A DNA stretch of 64,000 bases, from assembly GCF_026571515.1 (NCBI RefSeq), contig NW_026862407.1, forward strand, positions 124,001 to 188,000, in the 5' to 3' direction. Positions 12,350 through 25,380 of this stretch are shown here, piece after piece; positions within the stretch are counted from its first letter, which is position 1, and every line of letters starts with the position of its first letter. A program made the translations under genes and the position numbers. Origin of the DNA: Ruditapes philippinarum (Eukaryota). Under the pieces are notes generated by a model that was given only the letters and a program-made list of their open reading frames with translations, had not been told where the DNA came from and searched no databases.

Positions 12350-15169
12350 TCAGCATAGAATTTTTTATTATCATTCTGACCAGCACACAGCACTATAATT
12401 CATAGCATTAAGACTGCTTTAATTAATGTCACAATTTATTTTTGCAATAGCCATTCAATACAAGTATATATTTATTTATTGACGTTATTGACAACGAATC
12501 CATTACATTAATGGATAATGGTGTACATTCTGTTTTCATAGCAGGTATATTTATCCGACACATATCGCAAAAGTTTCACATGTATAACGGAAACTATAAA
12601 ACTTGTTTCCTTTCTTTGACATGTTTATGATATTAATATTATGTTTTGAATGAAAGTCATGCTGTTAGAATAGTGCATACGTAGAAGTTTTATGGAATTA
12701 TGTTCTCATTTGGTGGCTAAATTAAGACGACTGTTTCAGTGTTGCTCAGTCTTTTTTTTTCCCTGTCGATATTTGTCGTTCTTTAGTTCCTCAAAATTAT
12801 ATTTTAATGCATTGTCAATGTTTTCTTAAAGCATCCATGCTTTGTGTTGGAATTTAATTGCGTAACATTGCCAGTATAATACGAAAGACATGTTTTATGT
12901 AACATTTATGATATTAAGGATCATCAGCTGGTCTTAAAAGGTTTTACTTAATCAAATATAGAATGTCATTAAAAGACTAGTATTTGTTTTTGATGTGTTT
13001 TGTTTTTGAATGTCTTCTTCCATTATTATCATTTTAGCTCTTTTCATTTAAATATTTGTGTCTTTATTTAGAAATATTGTCGAGATGTTTTTTCATGAAT
13101 ATATTCTAAATTCATTTATCCTATGTTTTGATAAACCTAAAAACTAAAAAGGTGCATTAATTATTGACATTTAGCATTGGCACGTCAATTGAAAACTTTC
13201 ATTCAAAATGGATAAAGATTATTTTTCATTTAATGGGGAAATTGAAATCTTTAAGGTAACTTATTTCAAATTGGAAAATTGTCATTTCTTGATTCAAATT
13301 AATCCTTCAATTAAATTAAGCAAAAAAGGAGAACATTTAAAGGTCTAAATTTCACAGCATGAATTTATAATTGGAAAAGACAAATAATTTGAGTTGAAAA
13401 ACTAATTTTATCTGAATCAAAAGCGATTGAAACAATCTATAATAATTGATATGTCGATTCAATATCATTTAACAACCTTCGGAATAAGTATGCAAATCTG
13501 GAATTTTCGCAATCTCATCTACCCTTTTAAAATAGTTTCAATACAAAACCAGTAATTTGAATAAAAAATTGACGGTTATTGGCCGTTTATATAAAGATAA
13601 CACAATAATAAAATGTACTCAGGAAACATTATGACATAAGTTTTTCTTCCATTTTTATAAAAAGATATATAAATAATATTGTAAAAATATCTGATTGTAT
13701 GACCAAAGTAGTTGTTACCACCTGAATCACTTTCCATGTACTATGAAGTACAAACAATTTGATACATTTTTAATTAACGAATCTTATTTTCTTGTTTACG
13801 TTTCTACAAAAATCTCTTAAAATATTAACACCTGCATGTCACTGCATGTCTCCAAATATTTCAAACAGGTGTCTTACCTCTTAGTGTTTATGATAAGAAA
13901 CAATTATCATTTATGTGAGTGAAAATATAATTGAAATAAGATAAGACTGTTTTATGATGAATGAAAGGCAATTTTCTATAACTTTAAATTACTATATATA
14001 TATAGAGATACTAGATCGATGAAAAATGTTAGACAAGACCTATTGCAAAAGATGGACGTTAAGAAATAAGTTAATTCCTACGCACAAAATCGTAAGATAC
14101 TTCAAATTTTATTATTGCTCTTTTTTACATACATTTCTTGCTATAAAACTTAAAAGCATGATCTTAATTTATGATTAAAGACAAATCAAAACAACAACGC
14201 ATTGAGTAAATCACACGTTATGTTGCTTGATTATTTTTATTTTTATTGTACAAATTTATTTCCATTGAATAATATTAAGCTTATCATTAGGTGATAAGCT
14301 TATCAGTCACATTATGTTTTAATTGTTATTGTGCTAAGTGTTATTTTTGTCAATGAATAATTCTTTTAATCATGAATAATTCCTATTCAACGTGTTTATC
14401 TTATTCAGATAGCCTTATCTAATATGTTTATGACATTTGTGATGAGCAAATATTAATTAATACAATGACTTCATGAGAGCATACAATCTTAAAATTGGAG
14501 ATAAATATTGATAATATTCAATAATATTTTCTATTGTTAGAGAAAAGATAATTCAAATTACATTTTGAAGGAATTCATAGGTTTTTTTTTATCTTTACAA
14601 TAAATATATTCTGTTGAAGGTAAAGTCACGATTTTTTTATTAAGCGTGTCATGGAAATAATAATAACGAAAAACATGACAGACAAAAGGAAAAAGAATGA
14701 TCTTAATTTATGGCATAAACTGATAGAAAACGTTAACGTTACATTGGAGGCTAAAATATCGGTACATATAGGATATGATGGGTACATTTAAAGAGACATA
14801 TTCAGGATCATATTAATTTAACAGACTTTAAATTTAATGTTGAGATTATGCTTTAAATACCATGGAATATCTTTCTAAATTTCAACTGCACACTAGTTGT
14901 TCAGCTGATGATTTCAAAGGCAGAACAAATGCCCAAAAGTGTAATTTAAATCCCATCAGAATACATGGAGAAATACTTACATCACAAACATGATTATAAT
15001 TTGCCGTGTGTTCAAGGCAAACATTGAACTAAGCTATGGCAAAAAAAGTTCCAGCATTGCACAAATGGAAATGAAATTAATATTATTATTAATATAATGG
15101 TGTTTTATATTCCCTGCTGGTCATTGATGACCGCTGATTGTTTATACAGACTTCATTTCTTCACATAAA

Positions 15170-15414
15170 GTATTTCATTCGTCACTGTCTTGTCCCACTT
15201 TGGTTAAGTGTTTGCTTGCAAGTTGATCTATCAAGAACTACTGAAAACTACTAAACCTCGATCCTAACATAAGATCACTTTCAAAGTCCCGTGACACTAA
15301 CATGGATCATTATGGTCCTGTTTGATCTTAGAAAATTTTGCATCATACAGGCTCTTATTTTACTACAAATTATTTAGAACAGTCGAGCACGTTGTTCTTT
15401 TGACACCTCTTGTT
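15170..15414 (+). mobile_element. Old HINE remnant (shared with unit B)
   Basis: 3' end agtcgagcacgttgttcttttgacacctcttgtt; same position and flank as 28345-28605. Confidence 0.6.
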
Positions 15415-15788
15415 GGTAAGATAGTACGAACATTTGCCTTGTTGATCAGTTTTTTCATTGCTTTCCAATTTATATAAAGGTAATATTTAGGTTAGCTGAG
15501 TATAAATTACACACGGTTATCAGAAATGTTTCAATCACTGAGGAAAAAAATACATTGCGTGTTCCTTCCAAGGAGTAATTCATATTGTCTATCACTATTG
15601 AATATCTAAATTATATGACGACACGATAAGATTTTGCAATGATTAATTGTATTTTATACAAAGTGGAGCAACGTCCTTATTTCTTATGAGGACTACATAT
15701 ATCTAAACATCGGTAAACACATCTGTCTTCTATAAATGTTGTATTGAAAGCTTTATCTGTATTTTGTATAATAACTGTATTTATCAGA

Positions 15789-17427
15789 TTATTAGTCCCC
15801 TATCGGTTAACCGGAGGGGACTTTAGGTTTACCCTCCGTCTGTCTGTCCGTCCTTCCGCACTCACAGGAGAGTAATTATGTGGCTAGAGGGACAATAGGT
15901 AACTGTTCTTTCTCTTTGATGTCATTCATTCCGTAATGCTTTTATGTGGCTATTTTCTTTTGTGTGGCTAAAAAGAACAATAGAGAGAACAATAGAGTAG
16001 CCACATAATTACTGTCCTGTGAGAAAGTCCGGCCGTCTGTCCGTCCGTCAGTCCATCCGTTCACAAAACTGGATCCCGCGATAACGCAAAAAGTACTGAA
16101 AATATTTTTATGAAACTTGATATATGGATAGATGGCAGTATGGAGATTATACACGTCTTTTTCTTTTCTTCCTTTGTTGAAAGTTCTGGTTGCTATGGCA
16201 ACAAATAGACTGAAAATATGGCAAATTTTACACATAACCTGGATCCCGCGATAACGCAAAAAGTACTGAAAATATTTTTATGAAACTTGATATATAGATA
16301 GATGGCAGTATGGAAATTATGCACGTCTTTTTCTTTTTTTCCTATGCTGAAAATTCTGGTTGCTATGGCAACAAATAGACTGAAAATATGGCAAATTTTA
16401 CACATAACCTGGATCCAGTGATAACGCAAAAAGTACTGAAAATATTTTTATGAAACTTGACATATGGGTAGATGGCAGTCTTGGAATTATGCACATCCTT
16501 TTCTTATCTTCCTATGTTGAAAATTCTGGTTGCTATGGCAACAAATAGACTGAATTTCAAGATTTCTGATTCTAGTTTTTAAGTTTTTTCACTATAAGTT
16601 CTTTTTTTCTTAAGGTATTTTCTTCAAACTTTAAATATAAGTTGCTAGTCATCAACCACATCATATGTGACAAAGTTTTCAACTCTAGCACAAAATTTAT
16701 CAGAATTACCTCCCTTGAACTTAAAATTTTCATGAAAAAAATATTGTTTTTTTAATAACTTCTTTTTTTCTGAATGTATCTACTTCAAACTTCATATATA
16801 TGTTTCTTATGATCACTCAACATTTGTGAGAAAGTTCAATACTCTAGCAAGACTATTTCCAGAATTATGCCCCTTTTGAACTCAGACTTTTTTTCGAGAA
16901 ATTGGTAATTTTTACTCCAACTTCTCCAATCATTATAGGATTTTCTTCAAACTCCCACATCATAATAATATGACAAGGTTTATAAATCTAGCATCCATAT
17001 TTCCAGAATTATCTCCTCCTTAAACTTTTAATTTTTCTTATTCGTTCTTTTAACTTTCATTTACTTCAAATTCAAAATAAACATTCATTTTTCATACCTT
17101 CATTACTAATTGTTCTTTGTTACACTCACATCATGTATGACATCTTGCATCTTTATTTCAAGAGTTATCTCCTCCTTTAAAATTTTGCTTTTAAAAATGT
17201 TATATTTTGATAACAGGGATGTTTAAAAAATAACTGTAGAGTGTCCTTCAGTCCGTCTGTCTGTACATTAAAACTGTTTCCTGTGATCACAGTTAAAGAA
17301 CTTTTTCAACAAATTTACTTAAAATAGAAACATAAGTGAATGGCCAGTGGCCCTTCAGAATGTTGCTGGGGTTCTAACCGGTAGGGGACTTATGGATTGC
17401 TTGCAATACTATGATAATTGCTTGTTT
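15789..17427 (+). mobile_element. HINE / non-autonomous helentron with 170-bp central tandem repeats
   Basis: 5' palindromic subTIR agtcccctatcggttaaccggaggggact, (CCGT/CTGT)n tract, 170-bp units at 16069/16239/16409, 3' accggtaggggact + hairpin attgcttgcaat + cttgtt. Absent from unit B. Confidence 0.85.
15861..16023. mobile_element. 163-bp MITE nested in the HINE microsatellite
   Basis: 26-bp TIR ctcacaggagagtaattatgtggcta / tagccacataattactgtcctgtgag (25/26 match). Confidence 0.8.
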
Positions 17428-17721
17428 CAATAGATATGAGACGTAGGTTTCACAAGTCACACGGAGTAATGCATGATAAAATGATTTGTTTATTTAAAAG
17501 CGGTTTATAATTCTATGTTATAACAGGATAACTCGACAAGGAAGGACAAAATGTATTATGTTGTTTCATTATATATTATTAAAACTTCTATCATTTGGTA
17601 ATGTTTTTAGCACACAATAAGATGTAGGCTGATGTTTTAGACTTAATGTTGAATTCTGATTAAACATAAGGGTCTTGGGTGGTAGACTGCACTTTCCAGT
17701 ATCGTCCATGAACAGGCTCAA

Positions 17722-17942
17722 GCGCCTCCGTGGTCGAGGGGTTAGAGTCGATGACTTCTAATCCTGTTATCTCTCTGGCGCGGGTTTGATCCCCGGGAGA
17801 TGCTTTGGTAGTTTAGGGCGGTGGAAGGTTGTATAGTACTGGTGTTACTCTCCAGGAACGATGGTTAGGAATCTACCCGCCTATATGACTGAAATACTGT
17901 TGGAAAAAGGCGTAAAATGGAACAAACAAACAAACAAACATA
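17722..17942 (+). mobile_element. tRNA-derived SINE with (AAAC)n tail
   Basis: A box tggtcgagggg, B box ggtttgatccc, tail tatgactgaaatactgttggaaaaaggcgtaaaa(AAAC)n; TSD aacaggctcaa (17711-17721 / 17943-17953). Confidence 0.9.
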
Positions 17943-20900
17943 AACAGGCTCAATCATACCGAGCCTGCAACATTTTCATATATGCCGTTTAGGGCGCTCT
18001 AAGAGAGTCTGTTTTGTTGTTCTATTTATAAAAATTTAAAAAGGAAGTCGATACTAAATATTCTCTTTTAAGTATCAAATATCAGGTTGTCTCTTTTTTT
18101 CACTTTCCTTGAACGTGATTTGTTATAACTTGTATAAATCAATAAGTGTTTTTGTCAATAAAGAAGCATTGTTTCGACTAACTTGATAAAACTTTAAGTC
18201 TAAGATATAAAATATTATAACATACAGATAGCACCTACAATCATTGACCTTTAATTAACTGTTGTTTCGTTTATGATCAAAAGTCAGTCAGATTGTCTTT
18301 TGCATTCTTTTCATTTGCTTTTAAAATAATTGTTTAATCATTTAATCAAGTGTTTTTACAAACATGTATTGAATTAATGCTAACTAGGCTTTTCTGAGAA
18401 AGCGATCAATTAAATGTTCAAACATTAATATGAAGGTAGTTTGCATATTGTATGACATTCGCAATTATTTAATGAATAATATTTGTTATTTTATATAACC
18501 ATATTTAAACAAATTTGCATATACAACAGCGATATGTATGTAATTCAACAACTATTATACATCATTTTCAAATGTATTTGAACATTGTGTCTGTACGGAT
18601 GAGAATTATTTATTTACAACATCTGCTCTTACTTGTTTTTATCTGTTGAAACACGAATAAATAATTATCTATCTACATGATTTGCTCCTCTTTGTAATCA
18701 AGACGTGTTTTTTATTTCATAAATATGCAGGCCATTAAGAAAAATAATGTATACATTTTGATACACAATTTCATAAAAATTCAAATAGAGATACGCGACA
18801 CATATGTTATTTAAGTTGTTTGATTTGTCACGTTTATCTTTGTATATACCCATTTTGTGTCACTGACAGACAGTTTATTGTAAAACAGAACCAATTTTAT
18901 TCAATCTTAAGTCTGATATCATCTGCAATATCGGTAGCAATTTGGTGCAGTTTGCATATTAATTTGATCATAACTGACAATAAAGTTTTAAAAAGAACTT
19001 TATTGCATAATCATACTTCAGCTACATAGGCATGAGAGAATCAAGGCAATATTATAGTTATTTGTTCATAGATAGTAAGCAAGACATAATCTTTTTTCTG
19101 TTTTTAGAAAACATCATGATATGTGTCTTACATGATACGATATCTAAATAATGTCACAAAATGGCAATAGTTATGGAGATTAATCAATGACAACAGTATG
19201 AAATATTGTTCATATTGCAACCTTATATTGACATACTACTTTTAATTTGATTAATAAATATTTCAAATAAAAATCATAGTTTTTACGACAAACGTTATAA
19301 TCTGTATCACAATATGTTTCTAAAAGAAATAACACGGACGATGAATGTTCAAGATTAAAATATCCTTCAGATAAGAACAACATTTTATACCGAACAGTTT
19401 TAAGTCGTGTGTCAACTAAAAAGACAAGTATCATTTGTTTTCCCATTCAATTAAAGTAACATTAATTATTATAAAGTTATCTTGTCAGGTTGTGACAAAT
19501 AGTTCTGCTTTTACTAAACTACCTAATTAAAGGGGCTAGTTATATTGAATAATCAACGATGAGCGAAAAATATATGGACTATAATAAATTAACAAAACAT
19601 ACGAGACATGGGTATTATAGAAAAATGTCACAGCCCAATTATTGTGTTGAAGGAAGGGCTTTTTTCAGTTTGATAAGACGCATTGCAAACCATATATTTA
19701 TGAAGGTCTTCGCATATCTTATCGTAAAGAATATAAGAATTTCATTAACGACTCTTTAAATTATATATGGAAATTGATAACTACTAATAGAATAAAAAAT
19801 ATGTTATCCGAATATTAGCAGATATAACCAAGGCATGGTTATTCTTAATAATAACCTTTACTTTATTTAATATAAAAACAGCTTATGCAGTATGAATGTT
19901 GTGGAATTGAACTGTATAAGACGGTCGCAATTTAGAATAGTATATTATAAAATATTGTTGACCATGAATGTTATAGATTGAAACAGTTGAGGCAACAATG
20001 TACTTGTTTGTAAATACAGTAACAAGAAACACTGCAATTAGACTCATGTTACTTATTTGAATCACTATTTGTAACTCCTACACGATTATTACAACATAAA
20101 TACTCTTATTTCGGAAACGTTTAGCAGTTTGACAGTTTTAAACCCTATTTGCTAGAAGCGACACCCATGAAAAACATTTATCATCATCATTTCAACGGTG
20201 GAGTCACATTTATCAATTCTTATGACAAATGAAATCATAAAAATGACGATAAAAAGGCAAACTAAATATACTGCTCTTATTTATTAACAGTTGTAGAAGG
20301 CTATCAAGAAATTTTGTTATATATTGTCAATATATTTACTGTCTTAATTTTATCGGTTATTTTTATAGTTACAAAGACTGATATGACAGCTAAAATATAA
20401 AACAGGGTATTATACTAGAATATAAATGAAAGTAACAAAATATACATTTACAATCTATTAATCTTTGTACAAATGTATTTTTTGCTTCTGTATGTTTCTT
20501 ACTTTTTATTTCATAATTTTGAAAAGTTTATTAAATTGTTGTATAAAGGTTTTATTAATTTTCTAAAATTATCAATATGCCATTCCTCAAAATATTTTCA
20601 ATACTATAAAATGTCTGGTTAATTGTCATTTCACCTTAAAAAAACGCTATAACTTATCAGTCGGAAACTATGACATCTAGTATGTTTTGAATTGAACAAT
20701 TTATCGAACGTTTCACTTTTTTGTATATATTTTATATTTTATAAGTCAGATGAATTATATTTGTGGATATTTTTCTTTCCAAAATTCTAGAAAAATAAAT
20801 CATTATGACGACTTAGCGCAACCATAATAAGGTTTAGTCAGTTCCACTTAATTGTAGCTCAACATATTGGGGGATGCTTTCCGTGATCGTCAACACACTT

Positions 20901-23900
20901 TAATGGAATCATTTTAATTAGTGCATAATGGTCGTTAAGGAATTACGAATAGAGTCGAGAATTACTTGACAAAACAGATAAGAAGCGCTAAATAGAAATT
21001 ATTTAATATATTTATTACAATTCATGCTATGCTCTCAATAATATTACTATTATAATAGTAAATAACATCTGTAGTGGATTGTGTCTGAAGTTTAATTTTG
21101 TGAACACATACTTGTAGGAGGTTTACAAAACTAAAGAAGTAGCAATTATTACGACATAGGTGTATCTCAAAATAACAATGAGCATAGATATAATCACACA
21201 CATTATAATCAAGAAATACTTGTCCACAGAAGACTAAATAAGATTATTATTCAACTGGATTGGATTAAAAATAAAACAAGATACAGATTGTTTTAATTGC
21301 AACTGTGGTCTGTAAATTAAACCTATCATTTATCTTACAAACCTAATGCTTTGTGATGAAAGGCATAAATCTAAGAAATTAAATAAACTTAATAATTTAT
21401 TGCAGTGCTTATTTTTTTTGTCGTTCAAAGTATTGCAATGGAACCATCGTTAAATTCATTCTCGTTACATTATATTGATACAATTGCAAAAGATGCGAGG
21501 AATTTTAATTTTAAGATCCAAAATTTTGCTACATAGGAAAGTTTATATCAAAATCTGAAATATCTAATGTTGCAAATATAAATAAGAGTTTGCAAGCTCT
21601 GTTTAATAAACTATTAAACTAAACAATTTTTGTAATCCTTACGTGCTCAGCCTTAAAATGCGTGATCAATCGTCTGCAGATATAGTTACACGAAACATAT
21701 GTGTAAGTCTTTTTATGCATTTCCTTCATCTATGTTTGCATATCTTTTAACGCCAGTAAGATGTTTCTTACAGTCAAACTGACATGTTGTCTTAGTTCCA
21801 TAACCCTTTCCAAGTTTGTTTGTTTGTTTGTTTATGTCTGATGGTTTGAGACAAAGTCAATTACGCTGATACTTCCAAGTGTGTGTGTTTATGTCTGATG
21901 GTGTAAGGCAAAGTCACATTTCTAAGTGTGCTGTGGAAATGCACAAACCTCACTGTAACGAAAGGTAAACAATATCTAAGATGAATCACTTAGCAAATGT
22001 ACTAACGTGTCAGGCTTTGACAAACATTGCTTAGGATTGAAATGGTAACATGCAACTTTTTAAGAGAAAAACATATTTGATTAAGCGAATACAGAGTATA
22101 TAGCTAGAACCAATTTCGACTTTTTGCATTATTCTTAAAGTATAAATAATGCGTATTTAATTTATGAAAAATTATTTTAATAATCTCTTTAAACATTATT
22201 AGAAACATATGTATTATGCTTCAATTTTTGTATTGATTTAAATGTTTTGTCACTATCTTTTACATAATATTCTAGAAAGTCTATTTGTCCTATTACATGA
22301 TTAAATACAATCATTTGAATATAGACAGTTTTGCCATCTATATTCTCAAAGGGAACCTCATTTTGTAATAACCTCCTATGATGTTTTCTATATTAATTTC
22401 CGTGCCCGATGAATATAACAACTAGTGTCTACACTTTTAATAAACTAGAAGAAGATGAGTCTGATTGAAAAAATATTTTGTGCAAAGCCAGTGGTAGTCG
22501 AAGAATGGTGTAGCTACAATATTTCCTAGGTTTTGAATCTAAGAAATATATCATGATGCATATCCTTGGCAAACATACCTTCAGTATCGAATCTCTGTCT
22601 CGGTTGGAGTGATAAACTTTAAAGAGTAAGAAGACCTAGTACAAGATAAATTGACGTTTCTTTAAACACATTTATTCCAATAAAAAAGCGATATTAATTG
22701 TAGTTAATTTCGATGCTTTAACACGCTTTTAGGCAGCGAAAATGCTAGTTTTGTGTTAATGAAGTGCCTCGTGAGCATTGATTAGGTTTAAATTATAGAC
22801 GATAGCAATATCAATAACAAAATTTTAATTTGAAGATACATGTATTTCCTACTGTCTTATTGAAAACGCAAAGGAAATATAACCGATAAAATGTTCTAAG
22901 TAATCTAAGAATATGACATAGTTATGTAAAAATAAGATTAAATTATATTACAAAATTTTTCATATTTATTAAACTTTAAATTTAAAGCAAAGGAGGACGC
23001 AAAAGAATCAAGATATGTCTTTTTTCTATTATATTTTATACTGACCATGAAAATGACCGGCATGGTATTGCATTCTCAAGTCGTGACTAAATGTTTCCAT
23101 GCCCGACGAATTAGAAATATAAAGTTTCGCCTTTGTCTCAACTCTTTCCGCTGAATTGGAAATTGATACATATTAAAGTAAAAGAATGTCATTTAATATG
23201 TAGAGGTTAGTTTACTGGATCTCCGCCAGATTGATATGCGTGTTAGACATTTATGGATAAATTTTAGTAAAAATATATGAAAGTAGCTTATAAAAGTGAT
23301 AATTAATGAAATAAATAATCATTATCATTATAATACCCTAAAATGTGTGTTCCGAAAGAATAAATGAATGGTTTTCAATTTTGACGTTTCATGCAACTTT
23401 AGTAATGATAACTTTGTGTAATACCGTATGCAAACAGTCATCATCAAATGTTTCCAGTATACAATTTATATGTCTGCCAGTTGAAAGCACATCTATTGAA
23501 GTATATCTAAATGGCATTTTTCGCGCAAAATTGCACATAAGAAATGTTCAGAGGACGTTACTTTGATAAGATTTTGAAGCGTAATTTATTTCAAAGGACT
23601 TAACGAATTATGCAGATTAATTTCCGGGAGCTGACAGTTTGCCTGCAATGATATATAATTAGTCAAGCCTTATATGATTCATTTCCAAAATAAATAGTTT
23701 ATGACTTGTCTAGTATACACTTAGTGGTAAATAAACATATAGACTCTTCTCCTTATAATGGAGCTTTCTACTCGCATTTAATTATAATTAATAAACAAAA
23801 TGCAATAAATCAATCGGTAATTGACAAAGCCACACTGAATCAAAGCAGAGAAAAAATAAAAAACGAAAAATAGCACACTAAAGCCACGTGAAGACACTTT

Positions 23901-24116
23901 GAAAGTCGCCACACATAACAAAAGTCATAATGTTGTAGGCGGAAGTGCTAATGTTCAAACTAAACAACTGTATACGTCATTCCACTTTTGAGACGTAGAT
24001 GGATTTGATTATTAAATAAGGTAAGCTTTTCTTTCCTTGTCGAATGACAGTGCTCCTTTTATTCCGAAAGGTCTTGTGGCTAAGTAATTGATGAAATATC
24101 ATTTTTAATTTTGCTA

Positions 24117-25380
24117 ATGCAACGAGTGCTTCTTTTATTGTGTTGAAAACGATTGTCTTAGTGGTTGTTGTCATCTGTTGTGGTAATGGAAAAACAATAG
24201 ATCAACAAAAGAGAGCACCGTTCTTGGAATTAGGTTACATTAGGTATATAGTTCAAACGGTCAGTTGAGAAGAATTAACGAGATGTTATATTATAGCACA
24301 TAAAATCCATAACGTTATCATTACATATTAGCAAAAAGCACGTTTTCAGACTATTCTATTCAAACCAAAATGTCAAACTGTGTCACAGTTTTCTCAATAA
24401 CACTTTGTATGTTTATTTTAGCACTTACAACCCGTTTTTTATGTCTAAGAGTGTTCTGCCGATTTTATAGGACATTTGTTACGTTGATAATATGTATTAC
24501 CTCGGCTATTTTGTTTGCAATTTATTATTGCAGGTTATCTGGAGATGTTTACTTTAAATACGTAAGCCACTATTTTAACAACTGTTTTTTCTGTTTTAAA
24601 CTGGGTCTTATTGCCTTCAGAAATTTCTTTATTATAGCTAATAATAATAATCAAAGGTAAGCGGGTTATACGAGCAGTGGCGACTTTTCTTTTAGTAATA
24701 AAACCACGTGATACTTTAATTTCAATACTTTATCGTTAAATATAAACCTTAACAAAATACAATGTGGCAGTATTTATTCACCAAATAAGTTATATACGAA
24801 CTCACTTAATATTTCTTTTACATGACATAACATGTTACAATGACAATATATCAAATTGTGTTGCAAGGCAAGACTAGAGGAACTTGTCTTATTTGTTGTT
24901 GTTTTTGATTGTCTCGTCAAATATTTTTTAAGTAAACCAAATACTTTTAATGATATATTGTGTTTATTGGTATAAGTAGTGAAATCTTGTTTTGACACAC
25001 ACAAAATAAATATTAAAGAAAATACAAAATCAATTTCAAATACTACGATTTCTGAAAACTTCTTGTTTTAAAATTTTAATCAAAAAATAAAGATATGAAT
25101 TTTTTAAATACTAAAAATTGTTGTTGCTACCTTTGCATACTAATGAAGCAGTTTTTGTATTGACATCAATGACTATGTTATAAATATACTTTTTTGAAGT
25201 AGCGTTAATAACAGCAAGGAAACCCTTTCTTTTATTTTCAGTTTCACCTCTGAACAAAATGACATATAAACGAACCCTCAGCAAACTATGTATTTAACAA
25301 AAACAATAGTGTCAGAACTGTATGCATGATACACACATACATCATCAAACCAATCATGCATAATGTTTTTTAACAATAAA
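24117..25380 (+). pseudogene. Candidate micro-exon gene/pseudogene for a small secreted prepro-peptide
   Basis: ATG 24117, with one T added to a T-run, gives MQRVLLFIVLKTIVLVVVVICCGNGKTIDQQKRAPFLELGYI. Donors at 24021, 24244, 24562, 24657; acceptors ending 24533, 24620/24637, 25241; AATAAA 25375. Confidence 0.4.

Larger units (their letters stand above)
1..21150. repeat. Unit A of tandem segmental duplication
   Basis: Colinear blocks 1-3260, 12480-15780 and 18700-20330 match 21150-23920, 25480-28980 and 31250-33900, with many indels. Confidence 0.9.

Noticed and set aside
15942-16429. Two similar minus-strand ORFs; regular repeats superficially CRISPR-like
   Set aside because: These are 170-bp HINE tandem units with no unique spacers, in a eukaryotic context.
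17722-17795. tRNA-like sequence
   Set aside because: SINE head: followed by body, (AAAC)n tail and TSD; no complete cloverleaf.
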